Positions 8,801 through 16,705 of a stretch of 32,000 bases of DNA are shown in pieces. Position 1 is the first letter of the stretch. Every line of letters starts with the position of its first letter. Below the pieces are notes generated by a model. It searched no databases. It saw only the letters and a list, made by a program, of their open reading frames with translations, and was not told the origin of the DNA. The stretch is from NCBI RefSeq assembly GCF_000195755.1, contig NC_002937.3, forward strand, positions 1,230,001-1,262,000. The letters are read 5' to 3'. Position numbers and translations under genes: made by a program. This DNA is from Nitratidesulfovibrio vulgaris str. Hildenborough (GTDB lineage Bacteria; Desulfobacterota; Desulfovibrionia; Desulfovibrionales; Desulfovibrionaceae).

Positions 8801-9222
8801 ATGTTCTCCTCCAGCATCTTCTTGCGCTTGCGAACGGCCTTCTCTTCAAGGCAGGCACGCCCGTAGTCGCGCTGTCGCTTGTCTTCTGCTGTCATCACAT
8901 CCAGCCCCAGCACCTTCAGGGCAGCACGAAGCGGAGCCGGGTCGCCCGTGGCTTTGCAGAACACCACAACAGCCAGGAGTGACGGCGTGTGTTCCCGGTC
9001 GGAGGGCGAAAGCCACTTGTCGAGCAAGTCCTTGCTGATGGTTTTGGTGTTCCCTTGCGTCAGGCGCACCCCGGCGTTGGTCGCTAGCGCATTGATGCGG
9101 TCGACCAGCCTTTTCCGCCCTTCGGCATCGGCCCCGGCAGCGCGGTTCATGGCTGCGCGTATGGCAGGCATGACACCGGCTAGCGCACCGTTGTCGTCGT
9201 CGAAGAGGGAGAGTTGCCGCAT
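8797..9222 (-). CDS. First early-operon protein, possibly CII (CP76)-like regulator
   Basis: The ATG is at 9222. The segment LLDKWLSPSDREHTPSLLAVVVFCKATGD recalls the phage 186 CII motif NKLNPEQPHQFTPPELWLL. This match is from memory and weak. Confidence 0.4.
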   Translation of the reverse strand: MRQLSLFDDDNGALAGVMPAIRAAMNRAAGADAEGRKRLVDRINALATNAGVRLTQGNTKTISKDLLDKWLSPSDREHTPSLLAVVVFCKATGDPAPLRAALKVLGLDVMTAEDKRQRDYGRACLEEKAVRKRKKMLEENI

Positions 9223-9377
9223 GAGAAACACCGTCCGTCAGAGTGAGGGGTTAACGTCCAATCATTATCAGGCTGTGGACATTGACCCGTAAGCGCGGGC
9301 GGTTTAGGTAGGGTTAGCGAAACTTTTTCCTAACCACCCGCAAGGCAAAAATACACTTTTGGACGGCATAATCAAGC

Positions 9378-9475
9378 AAAAGTTGCCTTGCAGGTTTAGC
9401 TCTATGCTAAAAGTTGCAAATACGTGTTAATTCGTAGAGTTGCACGAATCCAAAACTTGCAACTTAATTTGCAGG
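9378..9475. promoter_or_regulatory. Operator repeat array in the divergent repressor / early-operon control region
   Basis: AAAAGTTGC at 9378 and 9409, TAGAGTTGC at 9435 and AAAACTTGC at 9452. TTGCAGG occurs at 9388 and 9469. The surrounding intergenic region (9232-9483) is AT-rich. Confidence 0.5.
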
Positions 9476-9483
9476 TTCTACCC

Positions 9484-10251
9484 ATGAAAGATGCAAGCTG
9501 GGAAGAAATCCTTTCCCGCCTCAATGAGGCGACTGAAACCAGAAGTGACGCCGCATTAGCCGCAGCGCTGGGGCTCTCTCATCAAGCGATTTACAGCGCA
9601 AAATCAAAAGGTCGAATCCCTCCTGCATGGATTTATGAGGCAGCAAGAAGATACGATGTATCAGCTGATTGGCTTTTCTTTGGGCGAGGGAGAAAGAAGG
9701 TGGCCGACCCCGATGAATCCGCAGATCCTTCCCCTACACTAGAGAAAGCAGAGGTTGCTCGACGGCTCTTGGCCACCAGACAGGCAACACCTCTTGATGT
9801 GGAGCATGACGGAATCATCGAATGTGCTGATTGCCAGATTATGATGATGCCCATGGTCGAAGCCCGTCTGAGTGCGGGCACTGGCAGTTTTGAGACGGGT
9901 GCAAACGTAGAACGTCGTTACGCATTCCGCATGGACTTCCTCATGCGTAAGGGGTGTCCCTCTCAAATGGTTCTCATGCGCGTGGCGGGTGACAGCATGG
10001 AGCCGGAAGTCAAACACAACGACGTTGTGCTCATCGACCAGAGTCAACTCACCCCACGGCCAGGGGCTCTTTACGCAGTGGGGGTTGAAGACATGGTTTA
10101 TCTCAAGCTTATCAATGCCACTCCCGGCAAGCTCGTGATGACCAGCTACAATGCTGCGTATCCTCCTCTTGAAGTCGACGCGCGCGGAGACCTCGCGAAC
10201 GGTATCCGCATCATTGGTCGAGCTGTTTGGGTGGGGCGCGAACTGAGCTAG
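9484..10251 (+). CDS. Phage repressor: CI-type HTH plus S24 (LexA-like) autopeptidase domain
   Basis: The N-terminal GLSHQAIYSAKSKGRIPPAWIYEAARRYDVSADWLFFGRG is phage CI-repressor-like. The C-terminal RVAGDSMEPEVKHNDVVLID is the S24 serine motif. A candidate Ala-Gly cleavage site lies in RLSAGTG. Confidence 0.85.
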   Translation: MKDASWEEILSRLNEATETRSDAALAAALGLSHQAIYSAKSKGRIPPAWIYEAARRYDVSADWLFFGRGRKKVADPDESADPSPTLEKAEVARRLLATRQATPLDVEHDGIIECADCQIMMMPMVEARLSAGTGSFETGANVERRYAFRMDFLMRKGCPSQMVLMRVAGDSMEPEVKHNDVVLIDQSQLTPRPGALYAVGVEDMVYLKLINATPGKLVMTSYNAAYPPLEVDARGDLANGIRIIGRAVWVGRELS

Positions 10252-10272
10252 AAAAATCAACTGCACAAAAAA

Positions 10273-10324
10273 GCCCCGGTAATTTGCGTCTATTTCAGCG
10301 CAAACTCCGGGGCTTCCTTTTCTC
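10273..10324 (+). terminator. Rho-independent terminator after the repressor gene
   Basis: GCCCCGG (10273-10279) pairs with CCGGGGC (10307-10313). An inner stem pairs TTTGCG with CGCAAA. The T-rich tail is TTCCTTTTCTC. Confidence 0.55.
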
Positions 10325-10344
10325 ATCTTGAGTGACAAATCGCA
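10307..10344 (-). repeat. Mu L1-like terminal transposase-binding sequence (candidate prophage c-end)
   Basis: The minus strand reads TGCGATTTGTCACTCAAGATGAGAAAAGGAAGCCCCGG. It has the same geometry as the remembered Mu left end TGTATTGATTCACTTGAAGTACGAAAAAAACCGGG: TG at 1-2, CACT at 11-14, an A-run, then CCGG. Confidence 0.45.
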
Positions 10345-10501
10345 GAGCTTTTGCAGTCTCGTGCTCAACTCTTTAAGCGTGGGCAGATTGAGGCTCCCGC
10401 TCGTCTTTAACCCGCATCATTCCTAGATTCTTCCGACATCCTTCCTATTGGATCTAGGCCCCATGCCCTTTCTCAACTTCCGCTAGCCCCTATATTGGCA
10501 T

Positions 10502-10548
10502 TGTGTAGCGGGAAAATTGGCACTGGAAAGTACGGTAAAAAGCCCCGG
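10502..10548 (+). repeat. Second Mu-end-like sequence, facing outward from the prophage
   Basis: TGTGTAGCGGGAAAATTGGCACTGGAAAGTACGGTAAAAAGCCCCGG contains CACT-GGAAAGTACGG-TAAAAAG-CCCCGG, close to the Mu L1 core CACTTGAAGTACGAAAAAAACCGG. It shares AAAAAGCCCCGG with 10267-10279 and, in inverted orientation, with 10307-10320. Confidence 0.4.
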
Positions 10549-10890
10549 TAGCATGCTGGCTGGGAGCTCCGCCTTGGGCTAGTTTTGGGCCATGTTTTGA
10601 TCGGTCTCGGCGAAGCGGTTTGATGTCCTCTCATGGTACCCGGTGGAGAGCTCGATTCCGACGAATCGTCTGCCTGTATTGATACGGCACCGCTTGCGGT
10701 TCGAGTTCGGGGCGTGCGCGACAAATTGCGTCGAATATAGCCCCGTTCGAGGGAGTGAAGGTGGTGGGCTGAATGTGCTGAGCTAGTTATGGCCTGACAG
10801 GATGCCCTCCGAAAGGAAGTGGTCATGCTGTGCCCGACTGGGTAGCGATGAGGTCGCGACACTTCATCAGTCACCAGCAAGGAGGCCAAC

Positions 10891-11586
10891 ATGCCCACTG
10901 GCAGGAAGATAAAACGAAGGAAGTTGAGCCTGCTAGAGCTTGCAAGCGGACTGGATGGCGAGAGCAAGGGGGCCGTATTATTGGAGTATCCGGGGCTGCA
11001 GTTCGGTGAAATCCGCGAGCGCCATATTTAAACCCGGTGCAGCGGCTATCTGGTGGCTTTGGATACGTTTTCGTGGGGAAAGTCTATCTGCAATCAGCCA
11101 TCGACTGTCACATCCGCTACGCCTTCAGCTGGCTGTACACCAGTAAGCTGCCGGTTCCGGCGTTGCATATGCTCAACGAGTCTGTCCTGCCCTTTTTCGA
11201 CGGCACGACATGCCAGTCGTTACGGTGCATTCAGATAATGGCCGGGAATTCTGCGGACGCCACGACAGGCCACCCCTACGAGCTGTTCATGCAACTGGAA
11301 GGTGTCGAACATCGGACAATCCGGGGCAGCGTCCGCAAAGCAACGGCCTTGTGAAGCGAATGCTCAGGACATTGCTTGATGAATATTTCAGGATTCAGGG
11401 GCAGAAAAACTGGGTGAGTCACTGGGTGAAATGCAGACAGACCTTGATGCCGACTTGCGCCACTTCAACCACAAGCGGGCACACCAAGGCAGAAACATGA
11501 ACACCCGGACACCCTATCAAGCCTTCCTTGATAGCCTTCCCGAAGGGGAGCCGAAAGAAGACAACGAAGGACACTACGCAGTCTGA
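10891..11586 (+). pseudogene. IS481-family transposase pseudogene (internal deletion plus several frameshifts)
   Basis: Pieces lie in three frames: KLSLLELASGLDGESKGAVLLEYPGLQFGEIRERHI*, GKVYLQSAIDCHIRYAFSWLYTSKLPVPALHMLNESVLPFF, TVHSDNGREFCGR, HPYELFMQLEGVEHRT, RPQSNGLVKRMLRTLLDEYF and FNHKRAHQGRNMNTRTPYQAF. Together they follow the rve-type IS481 order. Confidence 0.75.
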
Positions 11587-11836
11587 TCAGCTCTCCAGCC
11601 GGTATGGCAAGTGTCAGTTGAATGCTATTTCTGCGCAAGTATTGCTTGCAAAATATTGTTGCGTACTTTGTGATAGTAAACTATTGTCACACGTTTTTTT
11701 GTTGTTTTTAGCGCGGCAGCTATTTAGGCCGTATGCGTTTCTGTGCGTAGATGACGAGCAGATTGACCTGCTTTATAGGCTTTTGCGGATGGTTAAGTGG
11801 CGTCACCTTAAACACTATTGATGAGTACTCTAGTCT

Positions 11837-13216
11837 ATGGTTTTTACATCGTTAACATTTATTTTCTTAATTTTACCGCTTTTTTTAGCTCTAGATGCTA
11901 GCGCAAAGTCTTCAAGAATCGACATTCGCAATGCCGTTCTCCTCTTTGTCAGCGTTGTCTTCTATACGTGGGGGGAAGGGGCAAACGTATTCATCCTTAT
12001 CCTGATGGGTATTATCAATTATATTGCGGGTGAAGTCATACATAAAGCAGACAACAAAAAGCCTTACCTCATATTGTTTGTAACTCTCAATCTTTTTACG
12101 CTGTTCTCATACAAGTTTCTCTGTTGGGTGGTTGCTGCGATTGCTCCTGGGGTTCAGTTTCCAAATATTGCTATGCCCCTTGGTATTAGCTTCTTTTCGT
12201 TTCATGCAATGAGCTATTTGTTCGATATTTATAGTGGTACAACAAAACCAGCTAGAAATATTAATGAATTTTTGACCTATTTTTGTATGTTTCCCCACCT
12301 CGTTGCGGGCCCTATAGTGCGATTCGCACAGGTAAAGAGTGATCTTGAAAAACGAGGGCCGAGCCGCGAACTTGCTATTTTCGGTGCCTACCGGTTTCTC
12401 TTGGGTCTGAACAAGAAAGTACTCATAGCAAATACGGTGGCTCCAGTCGCCGACACAGCGTTCCTGCTTTGTAAGCAAGGAGAGTTAAGCAGTCCTGACG
12501 CTTGGGTAGGTATCCTTGCCTATGCAGTGCAGATATATTTCGATTTTTCAGGTTATTCGGACATGGCCATCGGCTTGGCTGCCCTTGCAGGGTTCCATTT
12601 CGAAGAAAACTTCAAAAGACCTTATTCGAGTTTGACAGTCAGGGAGTTTTGGCGACGCTGGCACATTTCTCTGTCGACGTGGTTTAGGGACTATCTCTAT
12701 ATCCCGATGGGAGGGAATGCTCTAGGACGCACAAGGACATACGTTAACCTTGTCATGGTGTTCTTCTTGTGCGGACTGTGGCATGGTGCAAACGTCACTT
12801 TTATCGTGTGGGGGTTGTGGAATGGCTTTTTTCTTGTCTTTGAGCGAGTAGCATCAAAGTTTACATCCTTAAGAATGCCAAGCCCAGCATTGAAGGTTTA
12901 TTTTGTTTTAGTGACCCTCATCGGGTGGGTGTTTTTTAGGTCAGAAAATATTACACAGGCAATGGATTATATTGGAAGCATGTTTTCAAGCGGTGGATCG
13001 TTTACGCTGACAATTTATCATGCTGGTGCAATGGGCGTTCTTGCTGTTGCTCTCATGCTGTGTGCTGTCCCTGATAAGTATATTCCTTGTCCAGATTCTG
13101 CTAATCCAGATGATTTTTTTGTTGCACCATATGCAGCTCAAGCGGTGTTATCTTTTTTTTCAGTTGCAATGCTTCTTAAAAACATGCGAAATCCTTTTAT
13201 TTATTTTAATTTCTGA
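11837..13216 (+). CDS. MBOAT-family membrane O-acyltransferase (AlgI/DltB/PatA-like)
   Basis: 459 aa and polytopic. Motifs: FSFHAMSYLFDIY, FWRRWHISLSTWFRDYLYIPMGGN and LCGLWHGANVTFIVWGLWNG, which contains the conserved His. GC is about 40% against a background above 60%. Confidence 0.9.
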   Translation: MVFTSLTFIFLILPLFLALDASAKSSRIDIRNAVLLFVSVVFYTWGEGANVFILILMGIINYIAGEVIHKADNKKPYLILFVTLNLFTLFSYKFLCWVVAAIAPGVQFPNIAMPLGISFFSFHAMSYLFDIYSGTTKPARNINEFLTYFCMFPHLVAGPIVRFAQVKSDLEKRGPSRELAIFGAYRFLLGLNKKVLIANTVAPVADTAFLLCKQGELSSPDAWVGILAYAVQIYFDFSGYSDMAIGLAALAGFHFEENFKRPYSSLTVREFWRRWHISLSTWFRDYLYIPMGGNALGRTRTYVNLVMVFFLCGLWHGANVTFIVWGLWNGFFLVFERVASKFTSLRMPSPALKVYFVLVTLIGWVFFRSENITQAMDYIGSMFSSGGSFTLTIYHAGAMGVLAVALMLCAVPDKYIPCPDSANPDDFFVAPYAAQAVLSFFSVAMLLKNMRNPFIYFNF

Positions 13217-13217
13217 T

Positions 13218-14264
13218 ATGACTAAGCAACGTATAACGATCATGCTTTGTGCCGTTCTTTTTTGTGCGGCACTCGGTGTTTATGCTCCGTTGAAGTCTTC
13301 AGTCCTTGAGACTGAACGGCGATTGGCGTCAGCTTTTCCTGAGTTGCCACATGGTATTTCTTCAGGAAAAATTAAAAAGTTTTGCGCTGGAATAGATAGA
13401 TTTTATGCAGACCATTTCCCACTGCGCAGTACTATCCTTAGTGCTGCGTCCGTAATCTTCGCCTACACAGGCAATCACTATGATACGAGCAGGTGTTATC
13501 AAGGAAAGAGTAATTGGCTGTTTCTCGGGAATGATTATAGTAAATGCGTAGACAAGCTCACAGGTAAAGAAAGTCTCAATGAAAACCAGATAGAGCGCAT
13601 GGCAGCGAAATATTCACGGCTGCAAAGGCTTGTCGATAGCGGGGCGTCCCAGTTTTTAATCTTGATAGGACCTAATAAATCAACGATTTATGGAGAGCAT
13701 CTTCCGGGTTTTATATTCCCTTCGCGCGTACGATATATATCTCCTCTCGTAGCCAAGCTGCGAGCAATGAATATTGATGTCTATGACCCGACAGAACGCC
13801 TTATGTCTTTCAAATCAAATCGTCTTCTTTACTACAGAACTGATACTCATTGGAATCTGCTCGGAGCATACGTTGCATTTGAAGGCTTGCGCGAGTACGC
13901 AAAATGGCCACCCCTCTTTCCGGCTACGTTCAAAAATGTGCCTAGTAAGCATGGCGATCTTGTTAATATTGGAGGGTATACTTCTTTTCATATTATAGAT
14001 GATGATACTTTTTCTTTAAATGACTTCCACATACAGTCTTCACCTAGCCAAGACGATACAATTACTACTGTTCAAGCGAGCAGTGATAAGGCCGTATGGG
14101 TGTTTGGAGATTCCTTTACAGAAGCACTTAAGCCGTTCATACAGGCACAATTTCGAACGGTGCGGTACTTCAAGCATGATGACTTTAAAAAGGTTATGAA
14201 GTCGGACGCACCTCGTCCTGACATTGTGCTGTGGGTTGTCGTTGAGCGCAACTTCGCAGAATAG
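13218..14264 (+). CDS. AlgJ/AlgX-type (DHHW/SGNH-like) periplasmic O-acetyltransferase partner
   Basis: The ATG at 13218 lies 1 nt after the MBOAT stop. There is an N-terminal TM anchor, and YYRTDTHWN is the D-x-H-W signature of AlgJ-like proteins. The track ORF start at 13020 overlaps the MBOAT gene. Confidence 0.7.
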   Translation: MTKQRITIMLCAVLFCAALGVYAPLKSSVLETERRLASAFPELPHGISSGKIKKFCAGIDRFYADHFPLRSTILSAASVIFAYTGNHYDTSRCYQGKSNWLFLGNDYSKCVDKLTGKESLNENQIERMAAKYSRLQRLVDSGASQFLILIGPNKSTIYGEHLPGFIFPSRVRYISPLVAKLRAMNIDVYDPTERLMSFKSNRLLYYRTDTHWNLLGAYVAFEGLREYAKWPPLFPATFKNVPSKHGDLVNIGGYTSFHIIDDDTFSLNDFHIQSSPSQDDTITTVQASSDKAVWVFGDSFTEALKPFIQAQFRTVRYFKHDDFKKVMKSDAPRPDIVLWVVVERNFAE

Positions 14265-14291
14265 TAGTAGTTTTAGAATGGTCTTCTGCCT

Positions 14292-15424
14292 TTACTCCGT
14301 CAAGTCTACCATGGATAAGCCCGGAGTCGCGGCTTCAGTGTTTTCACCCTTCATCGGTCTTCGGTATTCCTCTGGGCTTGTCCCGGCGAGGGAACTGTGC
14401 GGGCGCACGGTGTTGTACTCCTGCCTCCACGCCTCGATAATCCGTCCTGCCTCGGCTAGTGAGAAGAAGGCCTGAGCATTCAGGCACTCTTCCCGAAACC
14501 GGCCATTGAAGCTTTCGATGTGGCCGTTTTCAGTCTGCTTGCCGGGGCGAGAGGAACTCCAGCCTTACTCTCGCCCATGCGCCCACAGGTCTAGGGCCAT
14601 CCGCTGAACTCCAGACTGTTGCCGGTGCGGATGACCGCCGGACACTGTCGCAGAGCTTTCAGCCGCTCCAAGCCTAGGCGATCCGCGCGCCTGTCGGGGA
14701 GTGCTCCGCTTCGATCGCCTGACAGCACCGAGCATAGCGGTCAACGACGGTCAGTATGCAAAGCCTGTGGTCGTTCATTAGACAGTCGCCCCATGAAATC
14801 CATGGCCCCAATGCTGATTCGGCCCCCTTGAGACATGGCGTCACCACCCGCAGAGGCTTATCCGTTTGCTGCGGTGCTCGAGCCTGAGGACAGCCCTTCC
14901 TCCCGATACACTCGAGCGACGCGCTTGTGGTTCACGACGAGGCCTTTGCGGTGCAATAGGGTCTGCAACCGTGGGCTGTCGACGCGCAGAAGTTCCTCGG
15001 TCAGGCCACGCAGACGGAGGCGCAATTCAACGTTGCAATCTTGTCCTGACGGTCGTCTGAAGGTCCGTCGATTCATCTCTATCAGCTGGCAGCCCGCCGC
15101 TCTGAAAAACGTGCACCTTGATGGCGTAACGCACGGCCAAGCTCTGCTCGGTGGGCTCTACCTGCTGTTTCCAAGGATTTCCTTGAGCACTTGGATGTTC
15201 AGGGGCTGCTTCGCTACGAGCCGCTTCAGGCGCTGGTTCTCCTCCTCAATCCGCCTCAAGTGACGCGCTTCGGACACGTCCAGTCCGCCGTACTTACTGC
15301 GCCACTTGCAAAACGTCGCGTCGGACATCACATGCTGTCGGCACAGGGACGCTACCGTCATCCCGACTTCGGCTTGCTTGAGAATTGCAATGACGTTCTC
15401 CTTGGTGAATCTGCTCTTTCACAT
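14292..15424 (-). pseudogene. IS3-family element remnant (orfA with a stop at codon 2; orfB fragmented)
   Basis: orfA reads M-TGA-KSRFTKENVIAILKQAEVGMTVASLCRQHVMSDATFCKWRSKYGGLDVSEARHLRRIEEENQRLKRLVA. orfB pieces are LHRKGLVVNHKRVARVYREEGL and GKQTENGHIESFNGRFREECLNAQAFFSLAEAGRIIEAWRQEYNTVRPHSSL, with stops and frameshifts between them. Confidence 0.8.
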
Positions 15425-15877
15425 GACGATGGAGTCCTTGGCCTGCGTCACGAACTAATAGCTGGATACATGGGGGGGAAAGGTCACGCAAGCCCGACGG
15501 AGAACGTCCTCCATCTGTCTGCACTGGCGGGCCACGGCACCATGGAGGTGGGTAAGGAGGTGTATGCGGCCTGCGGAGAGGGCAATGTCCCAGTAGCCCA
15601 GTAAACGCCGCGCCTGACGCTGAGGGCTGTGTCAGGAGGTGGTTTAGCCTGTCGACACGTGGCATCACCTGTCGACTGTCTTTACAATGCATTAGATGAA
15701 CATGATCTTTCTTTACATCATGTTGCATTGCCGCGTCGGCAATGAGTTGTCGGAAGACCTTACAGTTGCCTGAAGTGGATGTCTTTTGTCGTAATTATGT
15801 ATGATATAGCAGTATGTTAGTGTGTTATTTCTGGCGGTATGCAACTTGCAAATCGATGACATACTATGGAGGTTCTT

Positions 15878-16705
15878 ATGAGACTTGTCGCTCTTTTTGC
15901 ATCGTTTTGCATGATCGTGTCGCTTATGTTGTCACCGGTAAGGGCCTCGACGATCTATCAGATTGATGATGGCATCGGAGACGAGTCCATCGGCGTGACA
16001 ACACCAGGCCTCTCGTGGACATGGATGAACAGTTTCAATGCCGTGGGAGGACAGGATCAGATAACCAGCGTGAGTATTATGTGGGGTCAGGTGAGCGACG
16101 GGCTTGCTGCCCTGGTCAAGATTTGGGACGATCCCAACAATGACGGCAACCCCAATGACCGGGTGCTCTTGAACACCCTTGAGGTTGTCATCTCCAACGC
16201 CAATACGGACGTCTTCAGTCTCTACGACATCGCCGATACGCTTGTGTCGGGTTCGTTCTTCGTCGGAGTGGAGATGGCTTCTGATTCGAATATGTACCCT
16301 GCCCGTATCGACTTTACCTTGCCCCACCAGCAAAGAAGCTGGGTAGGCACACTGGATGGGCAGATTGCCATGAACCTGATCGACAACTACGGCTACGCCG
16401 GAAACTGGATGATCAGGGCCAACGGTGCTGGAACCGCACCAGTGCCGGAGCCGTCAACCTTCTTGCTGCTCGGTTCGGGCCTGCTTGGGTTGTTCGCCTT
16501 CAGGGCTCGACCAGAGCGTGACTGGACTTGCCAGAATGATCAGCCGGGGGGCGCAAAGCTCCCCGGCTTTGTGTTGCTGGCGATAGGGAAGGTGCTGGAG
16601 GTTGGCCTTGGGCAGGTCGGCCTCGTGGTGCGGGGTGACGCACAGCACTCCACCGCGCGGACCGGGCGTGTCGCTCTTGCGCTGGGGAACGGACGTGGAC
16701 AATGA
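15878..16705 (+). CDS. Secreted PEP-CTERM-domain protein with an aberrant C-terminal extension
   Basis: GGAGG lies 7 nt before the ATG at 15878, followed by a signal peptide. VPEPSTFLLLGSGLLGLFAFRAR (16442-16510) is a PEP-CTERM sorting motif. About 65 further codons run antisense into the high-GC IS5-like remnant. Confidence 0.65.
   Translation: MRLVALFASFCMIVSLMLSPVRASTIYQIDDGIGDESIGVTTPGLSWTWMNSFNAVGGQDQITSVSIMWGQVSDGLAALVKIWDDPNNDGNPNDRVLLNTLEVVISNANTDVFSLYDIADTLVSGSFFVGVEMASDSNMYPARIDFTLPHQQRSWVGTLDGQIAMNLIDNYGYAGNWMIRANGAGTAPVPEPSTFLLLGSGLLGLFAFRARPERDWTCQNDQPGGAKLPGFVLLAIGKVLEVGLGQVGLVVRGDAQHSTARTGRVALALGNGRGQ

Larger units (their letters stand above)
1..10344 (-). mobile_element. Mu-like transposable prophage, immunity/early/middle/lysis portion (continues past window start)
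   Basis: Colinear minus-strand module: Ner-like HTH, MuA-type DDE transposase, MuB-type AAA+ ATPase, Gam, HU-like, GemA/gp16-like, holin-like and lytic transglycosylase. The repressor is divergent. Neighbouring genes show chains of ATGA/TGATG stop-start overlaps. A Mu L1-like terminal sequence ends in CA at 10344. Confidence 0.85.

Noticed and set aside
10675-10683. TGTATTGAT, identical to the first 9 nt of the remembered Mu left end
   Set aside because: A 9-mer match has a substantial chance probability in 64 kb of two-strand sequence. The downstream bases do not continue the Mu L1 pattern.
10692-10715. GGTTCGAG segment, considered as a possible tRNA T-arm marking an integration site
   Set aside because: It has no complementary stem, acceptor arm or anticodon structure around it. 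No tRNA, rRNA or CRISPR repeat array was found anywhere in the window by eye.
10473-10967. 164-aa minus-strand ORF in the gap beyond the prophage end
   Set aside because: It is Ser/Arg/Pro-rich and low-complexity, overlaps the 5' end of the IS481-like pseudogene on the opposite strand, and has no RBS.
15419-15424. In-frame TGA as codon 2 of IS3 orfA, considered as possible recoding or selenocysteine
   Set aside because: No SECIS-like context is evident. The whole element is riddled with stops and frameshifts, so simple decay is the parsimonious explanation.
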